From NCBI RefSeq assembly GCF_006345805.1, contig NW_021827582.1, positions 1 to 27,961 of the forward strand: 27,961 nucleotides of DNA. Reading direction: 5' to 3'. Positions 1 through 10,400 of the stretch are shown in pieces. Numbering within the stretch: the stretch's first letter is position 1; every line of letters starts with the position of its first letter. A model generated the notes under the pieces. The model did no database searches. It was given only the letters and a program-made list of their open reading frames with translations, and was not told where the DNA came from. Both the position numbers and the translations under genes were made by a program. This stretch comes from Octopus sinensis (Eukaryota).

Positions 1-350
1 AGCTGAAATATTTGATTACTGGTTTCATTGGACATTTCAAACCAAACATGAGCAGGAATGTTAGTACTGTAAGAAGCGTTCTTAAGGAGCTGCAATTTAA
101 AGTGTTCACTATCCTTTCCTTTTGCAACCCGTCCGATGTCTCTTTGAATGTATTTGATTGTATTGTATCATACAGCCTCTATGAAGTTTGAAGAAAGGGA
201 AAGAGACAACGGTTTTCTGAGCAGCAAACCAACGTCTTCCACTGGAATAAAGACAATGTTTACTGGATGCAATGATAGATTTATTATCAGTGAAAAATGA
301 CAGGGTGTTCATATTTGGAACGCATTTCATTGTAAGTCTGCCAGATTATG
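1..350 (-). mobile_element. Inverted copy of the 5' part of the HERO/R2-like LINE remnant
   Basis: Mirror of about 8880-9225. Confidence 0.55.
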
Positions 351-706
351 AGAGACATCAGCTAAAATAACAACAATAACTTGTCAGTAAACATTTAAAA
401 AATATTAAACAAACAAAACCTTTGTCATCACCTCACCTGTTAAACCACAACATATATTATTTGGCTGTTCCAAAAGAGAACCTGAAATCTATTTCGCTTC
501 TAATTTATCCATTTCACCAACCGTGCTAACCTGATTGGATACTTTATTAAATGTCAATAGTATCGATATGTTTAATATGATTAGTTTAATGCTAAAACTT
601 CCCATTGAAAGGTAAGAATGGAAGCTGCTCTTTATCATTCTGATATCAAAATAATAAGAAGATAAACCTTACAGAAATCAATCAAGTGATGTTATTTTAT
701 ACTCAC

Positions 707-757
707 CAACAGGTTCTTCCTGTGTCTGTGTTTCTTTATCTTTGAATGTTCGATTCT
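707..757 (-). pseudogene. Inverted, sequence-identical copy of exon 8473-8523 with intact splice sites
   Basis: Reverse complement of 707-757 equals 8473-8523. Minus-strand acceptor AG at 759-758 and donor GTGAGT at 706-701. Confidence 0.9.
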
Positions 758-1329
758 CTGAAATAAATATTTCCAAGTTTCAAACGTTGTAGAAAATTTT
801 ATCCATCTTTATTAATAATCTATATTTTATATCAGGGATTCCTTTCATAGATAATCAACTGTTGAAAACAATAATTTTGGTTAGAATGTTTATAGTTTGA
901 ACAGGATTACCATGTAATATTTACACTGCCTTCCAAAATTTCCTTTATCTTTTAAGACATTCGACGTCATCTAACAACTGTGTCATTATTTCATTTAATT
1001 ATCACTTGATAACACCAATCTTTTATTAGGTTTGTCTTTCCTTTCTTATATCTGCACTAAACATATGACGTGAAATTGTGCCCTCACTTCTGCCCTTCTC
1101 TAACCAACATTATTCTCAGCTTTGCTTAATTCCAATGGCAACCAGTTTGGTCATCAATGATCTAACCATTAACACATTACACACACCACTTTAAGTTGTA
1201 TAAACACTCACACCTGATCTCCTTCTTAAACATTACTGCAGGTAATCATTAGTTTTCAACTTCCTGCATCACTGTTCACCAGAATGTCAGCTGATGCATG
1301 AAATGCTTTAAAACACCTTAATAGAGCAG

Positions 1330-1700
1330 TGTTTATAAAGATGAGCGAAGATTACTTCTACACAGGTGGAACAGAAAATGATAGCAGGTGTCCTCAAAGA
1401 GGATACACTTGCACAAACTTCACTCTACTACAGGTAACTCTTCGTCCTTACATTATAGCAGTGCAAAGATCTGAAATGGTAGAATGGAAGTGATTCTGAA
1501 AACTCTAGGATATCTCTGACAACCCTCTTCTATATATCAACCAAACTTTCATCTCTCCTTTGATGTCCCCTTAATGCGGTGCCTCTGAATGGGCTGAAAA
1601 CTCAGTTCAATCAAATCTGAGGGGACGAAATGGACATCTCTGTAGAAATATTTACCTGACAGAAACCGTCTTCCTGATGTTGTAGTTAACAACATTACAA
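1330..1700 (+). mobile_element. Possible highly decayed non-LTR RT remnant (mirror at about 7525-7895, minus)
   Basis: ata gca ggt gtc ctc aaa gag gat aca ctt gca reads IAGVLKEDTLA, resembling the RT motif AGVLQGDTLAP of RTE-type LINEs. The rest is too decayed to confirm. Confidence 0.3.
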
Positions 1701-2344
1701 GGAATATGAAACCCTGCTCACACCCCATTCTACCATCACTGTTTTACCACATTTGTCACTAATGATCATTGACGTCAACTAATTGAAAATGTTTCTAAAA
1801 TGTTTTATAAAATACATCTAATTAGTGTCAAATACGTATACAGAAATGTTCCACAACATAGTGTTTCCTATGAAATGAATCGAAAACACAATACCATCAA
1901 AACATACTGAAACATAGGGACTATAATCACGGTTCGTATGGATGTGGTCTTGTAACCAAGGAAAATTGTAAAATTACAGAGAGTAATAAGGTGTAGAATG
2001 TTACTCGAAAGTGCCAAGTTCTGTTGAGGTTCTACAATTTGAGAAATGATCTACCTATGATAAGAATATTCACAATATACGATATTATGTTTAGATGCCT
2101 CTGAAACTCGTTCCGGGTGTAAAAATCGCGTTTTTGACAATTTTCAACTCGCCAGTAAACCATGTGTCGTATTCAACAATGGATCGAAACTCATTCTCCA
2201 AGATTGTATACATCTACACTTTATTCGTTCAAAATCTCAAAGTTTGCTCTTAACTTCTTCATAATTAATTTTATTTTCCAATATGTGCTTTTTAACAAAA
2301 TTGCGCAGTTCTCTGACAACTTTTATCACACAAGGTTAAAAAAA

Positions 2345-2740
2345 GTGACAGGACCAGCAAGTTCGGGGAGGGAGTACATTGATTACATCGACCCCAGTAC
2401 ACAACTGGTATTTTCCTATTGAGCCTGAAGGGGTGAAAAGGCGAAGTCAATCTCGGCAGAATTTGAAATTAGAACCTAAAGACGGACGAAATGCAGTTAA
2501 TTGCATTAACGATTCTGCCAGGGGTCACCTTATCTATTATTTAATAATATTAAAGCGGCGAACTAGCAGAATCGGTGGCGCGACGAACAAAATGCCGAGT
2601 GGCGTTTCGTCCGTCTTCTCGTTCTGAGTTTAAAATTCCACCGAGGTTGTCTTTGCCTTTCATTTTTTCAGGGTAAATAAAATAAGTACCAGTTGTGTAC
2701 TGGGGTCGATATACTCGCCTCATTTCATCCCCTGAAAATG
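2345..2740. mobile_element. Head-to-head pair of tRNA-derived SINEs (minus copy about 2345-2524, plus copy about 2555-2740)
   Basis: Both carry the family core (gttctgagtt.aaattcc.ccgagg..g.ctttgcctttcat...aagtaccag....actggggtcgat) in opposite orientations around a ~30 bp AT spacer. The same family recurs at 19320 and 22668. Confidence 0.8.
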
Positions 2741-2919
2741 ATCACAGAAGATCAATAAAAGGGCAGATATAAGCCGCCTATTTGCTAAAAATTTATATTT
2801 TAAATCATATTATTTTCATACTGAAATGCTTATGGTATTAAGGTAAAACTCCTAATTACAATTTGAGATGTTATTGATTTACAATTCATTGATTACATAT
2901 TAACAGGCAATTATCTAAA

Positions 2920-3664
2920 TAGATCATTATTATACGTTTTGTATTTTTGATTGTAAAAATAACTAGATATAAACGATGACAACCTCTTCTGGATGAGAGC
3001 AGATCCTCAGGGGCCAGCTTATAAAACCTGGCTCTCTGTCCCAGGTGCTCAAACCAATCAGATAATGTTCTGTTAGGGCACCCGACAAGCATTGCTACAG
3101 ATCGAGGAACGCCGTGGCCGAAGTCATGCGTTGATTGGTGCATGAAATTAATAAATCTTGGTTTTCATCTGAGAGTTCAATGATACAACCAATGTACCAA
3201 TCATTTTCATTCGTGTATCCAACATATTTTCAGGACCTTAACTTTGAAATATCTTGCTTAGATGCTGGCCTCTCCTCACCTAAAAGAGTGAAATTGTCAT
3301 CAGCTGATATCTTCTTCGTTAGAAGATCAGATCTTGAAGAAGGGACGAAGCGGTGATGGGATCGTGTGCCAACTGATTTCAGTGAGCTGCTGATTCGTGA
3401 AAGCAAATCGAAGCTGTTTTCACTTCGGACGACATCGGCTGCCGACATGTCAAAGAACATTATCTCTGGAATGCTTGCACATGCTCAGCCATACATCTTG
3501 CAACCTGTGAGAAAATGTCTTTCCGTGGTTACTTGTAGACTTGCTTTTTCAGCAACACATTTCTTCATCCTACTGATTCCCTCATATGTACTTTTTTCAC
3601 ATGACATGGCAAAGAAATACGACTCCGCTTCAAGTCCTTGATCATTCTGATGATGACAGAGATT
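2920..3664 (-). pseudogene. Inverted partial copy of the Sola2-like transposase remnant (C-terminal half only)
   Basis: Mirror of 5537 to about 6280. Begins abruptly at the NLCHHQND segment. Confidence 0.75.
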
Positions 3665-3837
3665 GTGGATCGCGCCTTCCTCATCCACGTGATCCCAATC
3701 GTCCTCCTGAAATCGTTACTCCACCGACATGGAGGCCTTCCGGGTGGTCGTTTCCACTCGCGCGGGTACCACTCGACAACTGCGCGTGTCCACAGATTTT
3801 CGGTGAGCTGGGCGATGTGTCCAGCCCATCTAAACAT
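3665..3837 (-). mobile_element. RTE-clade LINE ORF C-terminal fragment, cut at the inversion breakpoint
   Basis: FRWAGHIAQLTENLWTRAVVEWYPREWKRPPGRPPCRWSNDF matches the RTE C-terminal W.GH..R...RW...VLEW.PR..KR..GRP..RW.DD pattern. Confidence 0.85.
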
Positions 3838-3856
3838 ATGTATGTATGTATGTATG

Positions 3857-3901
<45 letters not shown>
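3837..3901. repeat. (TATG)n followed by (TA)n microsatellite
   Basis: Read directly from the sequence. Confidence 0.98.
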
Positions 3902-3903
<2 letters not shown>

Positions 3904-4365
3904 TGAAGTGGTGTTTCGTGTTTGGGGTTGGATATTCGATGCGCAACTTGGTTGACATTTGAATTTAGCAGAAGATGAGACGAATATTGATTAGAGATCT
4001 CTGGAGGGGAAATGACGATGTCTTGTCAAAGATCTGGAACAAACATAAGAAAACCAAAACGAAACTAAGAGAAAGTCTGTTGTTATTAGGGGATAATTAA
4101 ACGAGATAATTTCAGAATTGTTAAAATTGTTGGATGCCTTAAGAGACAGAGAAGGGTTGTTAAGTGTAGTTTATGCTGTTGTGGACCTAAATTTTGAATA
4201 ATTACATTGTAATACTGTAGAAATTATACAAATGCTCTCCAAAAGCATGATGGTCACCAGTTGACCAATGATGATAGGATTGTCTAACAATAATAAAACA
4301 TCGATTATTAATAATGATAAAGACTTTTTTCTACAGTGTTTAAAACATGAAATTGTTTATTTCAG

Positions 4366-4416
4366 AGGGTCCAAAGTCGTCAAAGCCGGAAGTCCAGATG
4401 TTAGCAGAACCACCTG
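4366..4416 (+). CDS. 51-nt symmetric (phase 1-1) linker exon
   Basis: Acceptor ttgtttatttcag|AG and donor CCTG|gtgagt. Open in frame with the downstream exons and the same length as exon 8473-8523. Confidence 0.75.
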
Positions 4417-7400
4417 GTGAGTAGAAAATAACTGTACCTAATTATGTTAGACCATATTACTCCATAAGAAGCATAGGGTTGGCTTCCCGGTTCCCCCGGC
4501 TTATTTATTCTTCCATGAAGAGGACGCTTGTCATCATCATTCATCATCATCATTATTTAGCGTCCACTTTCCCTGCTAGCATGGGTTGGACGGTGCAACT
4601 GGGGTCTGGGAAGCCAGAAGGCTGCACCAGGCCCAGTCTGATCTGGCAAAGTTTCTACGGTTGGATGCCCTTCCTAACGCCAACCACTCCGTGAGTGTAG
4701 TGGGTGCTTTTTACGTGCCACCGACACAGTTGCCAGAGGAGGCTGTCAAACGGTCACGGTCGGATGGTGCTTTTTTACGTTCCATCGGCACAGAGGTCAG
4801 ACGGGCGGCACTGGCAACGGCCACGTCTAGGTGGCTCTTTTACGTACCACCGGCATGGGGGCCAGGTGAGGCTGGCAACGGCCACGTTCGGATGGTTTTT
4901 TACGTACCACCGGCACTGGTATTACAGCTACAATTTCCATTGATGTTGATCGATTTTGATTTTGATTTAGTCCGCTGTAAAATTACATATTTTCGCCAGC
5001 TGAGTGGACTGAAGTGTTGGACATATTTAATCACGTGATTTTGACTCAGAGGATTTAGTAACGAGGATTTATGTGTACTGGGCAGCCCTGATGTGCCTAA
5101 CTTCCCCAGTGAATGATTTCCTTCAAACCGCTGAAAATGTGTTTAATACTCTGCATCAACCCCATTTCACAGCAAAGACTCAAACTAGTCTCCTTATTCA
5201 TCAGAAAGATGATCTGACATCAAATCATGCGACAGTATTGTCAGACTTGGCAGAAAATTATAGTTTTGTAGTGAAGGATTCGGAGCAAGGGTTTCATCGG
5301 AACAACTCCCAGGCCAATATATTCATCCATTCGCGATCTGTTATAAGACTGGTTCAAACCCACAATGCACTTCAATCTGTGTCATATCTGATTGTTTGAA
5401 ACATGACAATACCACAGTGCATGCTTTTATTACGAGGGTGATATCGCATATAAAGACAGAACTTCCATTCATAAACCATCTCCTGTACTTCAGTGACGGT
5501 GCAGCCGACCAATACAAGAACTAGAGACACCAAACAAATCTCTGTCATCATCAGAATGATCAAGGACTTGAAGCGGAGTCGTATTTCTTTGCCATGTCAT
5601 GTGAAAAAAGTACATATGAGGGAATCAGTAGGATGAAGAAATGTGTTGCTGAAAAAGCAAGTCTACAAGTAACCACGGAAAGACATTTTCTTACAGGTTG
5701 CAAGATGTATGGCTGAGCATGTGCAAGCATTCCAGAGATAATGTTCTTTGACATGTCGGCAGCCGATGTCGTCCGAAGTGAAAACAGCTTCGATTTGCTT
5801 TCACGAACCAGCAGCTCAGTGAAATCAGTTGGCACACGATCCCATCACCGCTTCGTCCCTTCTTCAAGATCTGATCTTCTAACGAAGAAGATATCAGCTG
5901 ATGACAATTTCACTCTTTTAGGTGAGGAGAGGCCAGCATCTAAGCAAGATATTTCAAAGTTAAGGTCCTGAAAATATGTTGGATACACGAATGAAAATGA
6001 TTGGTACATTGGTTGTATCATTGAACTCTCAGATGAAAACCAAGATTTATTAATTTCATGCACCAATCAAACGCATGACTTCGGCCACGGCGTTCCTCGA
6101 TCTGTAGCAATGCTTGTCGGGTGCCCTAACAGAACATTATCTGATTGGTTTGAGCACCTGGGACAGAGAGCCAGGTTTTATAAGCTGGCCCCTGAGGATC
6201 TGCTCTCATCCAGAAGAGGTTGTCATCGTTTATATCTAGTTATTTTTACAATCAAAAATACAAAACGTATAATAATGATCTATTTAGATAATTGCCTGTT
6301 AATATGTAATCAATGAATTGTAAATCAATAACATCTCAAATTGTAATTAGGAGTTTTACCTTAATACCATAAGCATTTCAGTATGAAAATAATATGATTT
6401 AAAATATAAATTTTTATATGTAAAATAAGATCCTTTTTAGCAAATAGGCGGCTTATATCTGCCCTTTTATTGATCTTCTGTGATCATTTTCAGGGGAGGA
6501 AATGAGGCGAGTATATCGACCCCAGTACACAACTGGTACTTATTTTATTTACCCTGAAAAAATGAAAGGCAAAGACAACCTCGGTGGAATTTTAAACTCA
6601 GAACGTGAAGACGGACGAAACGCCACTCGGCATTTTGTTCGTCGCGCCACCGATTCTGCTAGTTCGCCGCTTTAATATTATTAAATAATAGATAAGGTGA
6701 CCCCTGCCAGAATCGTTAATGCACTTAACTGCATTTCGTCCGTCTTTAGGTTCTAATTTCAAATTCTGCCGAGATTGACTTCGCCTTTTCACCCCTTCAG
6801 GCTCAATAGGAAAATACCAGTTGTGTACTGGGGTCGATGTAATCAATGTACTCCCTCCCCGAACTTGCTGGTCCTGTCACTTTTTTTAACCTTGTGTGAT
6901 AAAAGTTGTCAGAGAACTGTGCAATTTTGTTAAAAAGCACATATTGGAAAATAAAATTAATTATGAAGAAGTTAAGAGCAAACTTTGAGATTTTGAACGA
7001 ATAAAGTGTAGATGTATACAATCTTGGAGAATGAGTTTCGATCCATTGTTGAATACGACACATGGTTTACTGGCGAGTTGAAAATTGTCAAAAACGCGAT
7101 TTTTACACCCGGAACGAGTTTCAGAGGCATCTAAACATAATATCGTATATTGTGAATATTCTTATCATAGGTAGATCATTTCTCAAATTGTAGAACCTCA
7201 ACAGAACTTGGCACTTTCGAGTAACATTCTACACCTTATTACTCTCTGTAATTTTACAATTTTCCTTGGTTACAAGACCACATCCATACGAACCGTGATT
7301 ATGGTCCCTATGTTTCAGTATGTTTTGATGGTATTGTGTTTTCGATTCATTTCATAGGAAACACTATGTTGTGGAACATTTCTGTATACGTACTTGACAC

Positions 7401-10400
7401 TAATTAGATGTATTTTATAAAACATTTTAGAAACATTTTCAATTAGTTGACGTCAATGATCATTAGTGACAAATGTGGTAAAACAGTGATGGTAGAATGG
7501 GGTGTGAGCAGGGTTTCATATTCCTTGTAATGTTGTTAACTACAACATCAGGAAGACGGTTTTCTGTCAGGTGAATATTTCTACAGAGATGTCCATTTCG
7601 TCCCCTCAGATTTGATTGAACTGAGTTTTCAGCCCATTCAGAGGCACCGCATTGATTAAGGGGACATCAAAGGAGAGATGAAAGTTTGGTTGATATATAG
7701 AAGCGGGTTGTCAGAGATATCCTAGAGTTTTCAGAATCACTTCCATTCTACCATTTCAGATCTTTTCACAGCTATAATGTAAGGATGAAGAGTTACCTGT
7801 AGTAGGGTGAAGTTTGTGCAAGTGTATCCTCTTTGAGGACACCTGCTATCATTTTCTGTTCCACCTGTGTAGAAGTAATCTTCGCTCATCTTTATAAACA
7901 CTGCTCTATTAAGGTGTTTTAAAGCATTTCATGCATCAGCTGACATTCTGGTGAACAGTGATGCAGGAAGTTAAAAACTAATGATTACCTACAGTAATGT
8001 TTAAGAAGGAGATCAGGTGTAAGTGTTTATACAACTTAAAGTGGTGTGTGTAATGTGTTAATGGTTAGATCATTGATGACCAAACTGGTTGCCATTGGAA
8101 TTAAGCAAAGCTGAGAATAATGTTGGTTAGAGAAGGGCAGAAGTGAGGGCACAATTTCACGTCATATGTTTAGTGCAGATATAAGAAAGGAAAGACAAAC
8201 CTTATAAAAGATTGGTGTTATCAAGTGATAATTAAATGAAATAATGACACAGTTGTTAGATGACGTCGAATGTCTTAAAAGATAAAGGAAATTTTGGAAG
8301 GCAGTGTAAATATTACATGGTAATCCTGTTCAAACTATAAACATTCTAACCAAAATTATTGTTTTCAACAGTTGATTATCTATGAAAGGAATCCCTGATA
8401 TAAAATATAGATTATTAATAAAGATGGATAAAATTTTCTACAACGTTTGAAACTTGGAAATATTTATTTCAGAGAATCGAACATTCAAAGATAAAGAAAC
8501 ACAGACACAGGAAGAACCTGTTGGTGAGTATAAAATAACATCACTTGATTGATTTCTGTAAGGTTTATCTTCTTATTATTTTGATATCAGAATGATAAAG
8601 AGCAGCTTCCATTCTTACCTTTCAATGGGAAGTTTTAGCATTAAACTAATCATATTAAACATATCGATACTATTGACATTTAATAAAGTATCCAATCAGG
8701 TTAGCACGGTTGGTGAAATGGATAAATTAGAAGCGAAATAGATTTCAGGTTCTCTTTTGGAACAGCCAAATAATATATGTTGTGGTTTAACAGGTGAGGT
8801 AATGACAAAGGTTTTGTTTGTTTTATATTTTTTAAATGTTTACTGACAAGTTATTGTTGTTATTTTAGCTGATGTCTCTCATAATCTGGCAGACTTACAA
8901 TGAAATGCGTTCCAAATATGACCACCCTCATATTTTTCACTGATAATAAATCTATCATTGCATCCAGTAAACATTGTCTTTATTCCAGTGGAAGACGTTG
9001 GTTTGCTGCTCAGAAAACCGTTGTCTCTTTCCCTTTCTTGAAACTTCATAGAGGCTGTATGATACAATACAAATACATTCAAAGAGACATCGGACGGGTT
9101 GAAAGAAGAAGGGATAGTGAACACATTAAATTGCAGCTCCTTAAGAACCCTTCTTACAGTACTAACATTCCTGCTCATGTTTGGTTTGAAATGTCCAATG
9201 AAACCAGTAATCAAATATTTCAGCTTTGCGATTTCAGCAAGAAACAAGTATAAAGCTTAGTGAAGAAGGCAAGACCGGAGATTGCAACGGGAGATGATTG
9301 TGTACCATAGAACATGTACAAATGTTGTGCCCAGGTGTTATAAGCATTAATTACTATTTAGAGAGTTGTGGGATAAAGGTGAACTGATTAATGAATGGTG
9401 CAAGACAAAAGGATTTTATTCATCAAAGTAAGTTAATGCAAAACTAAGTGGCCAATTGAAGCCAATTTCAATCTTGAATGGCAAGATTTACAAGGCTGTA
9501 CTTGCTAAGAGATCAGCTATATATCTACAAAATAATGATTACGTAAGATGAAATATCCAGAAGGCTGGCATCTCCAGAACCCCTGTATGTAGAACATGGA
9601 TTTTCAGTTTGGGACTCGATAGAAAACACAAAGGGAAATTAAGGAATTTGAATGTGTTATGGCTTGAGCTGGTTAATGCTTTTGGCCCTCTATCAAGCAG
9701 TAAATATCTCCAATCAAGTGTTGATGGATGCAATGAACTTCTTTTATATATGAGAGAAGAGTAAGGACCTGATGAGGGGCTGCTATAACAATTTCAATAT
9801 GTGTTTCATGAGAGAAAATTTCACAAAAGACTTGCATCATTTTGAAATTGGAATTGTTGTAGTTTGCAAAATATCAGTCATTTTGTTTGTGCCTCTTATG
9901 GAGATGTTCCTTTGATCAGCAGATTGATCAAGAGAGACCGGTTCGGGTGAAATAACCTAAGAAGGATGACATCCATGGATGATATAAAAGTACCATGTAA
10001 GAGATTTGGCACAGATATAAGAAACAAAAGATAAAACTAAGGAAACAACAGTTTCTTCAATTGATAAATAAACGAGATAATTACTACGTTACTTGATAAT
10101 GAATGTAGGATGTCTTAATAGAGAGAAGTCTAGGAAGGTTAGTCTGTTTGGTTATGGACGTAAATATTGAGCTATTCCATGGGACCACGAAAGAAGTATA
10201 AAAATAATGGCCATTAATGATAAGAATGACTTACATTTATAAAATAAAGACCAATTAACAGAGACAGAGAAATTATACTATGACGTGTAAAATTTGGAAA
10301 TATTTATTTCAGAGTCTGTAAACCTGGATGAGAAACTTCTTCATAGTGTAGCAAAGAAGTTGGGGAATAAATGGCAGCAACTTGGTGAGTAAAAAAAAGC

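Larger units (their letters stand above)
1..3664 (-). repeat. Left arm of long inverted duplication (derived copy; continues beyond window edge)
   Basis: Reverse complement of 5537-9225 (position 1 pairs with 9225, 3664 with 5537). Only scattered substitutions and small indels; about 98% identity by eye, not computed. Confidence 0.97.
5537..9225 (+). repeat. Right arm of long inverted duplication (parental copy)
   Basis: Mirror of 1-3664. The ORF track shows mirrored peptides, for example 2162..2422+ and 6803..7063-. Contiguous with the transposase remnant in the spacer. Confidence 0.97.

Noticed and set aside
2162-2627. ORFs duplicated in both arms (86 aa and 82 aa)
   Set aside because: They overlap SINE and transposon subterminal sequence. 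Their identity reflects the recent duplication, not selection.
3565-3837. 90-aa ORF starting MFRWAGHIAQ
   Set aside because: It is a chance read-through from the RTE fragment across the inversion breakpoint into an off-frame transposase remnant. The ATG comes from the microsatellite edge.
3586-3955. ORFs ending in YIYIYI runs
   Set aside because: They translate the (TA)n microsatellite and the antisense strand of the RTE fragment.
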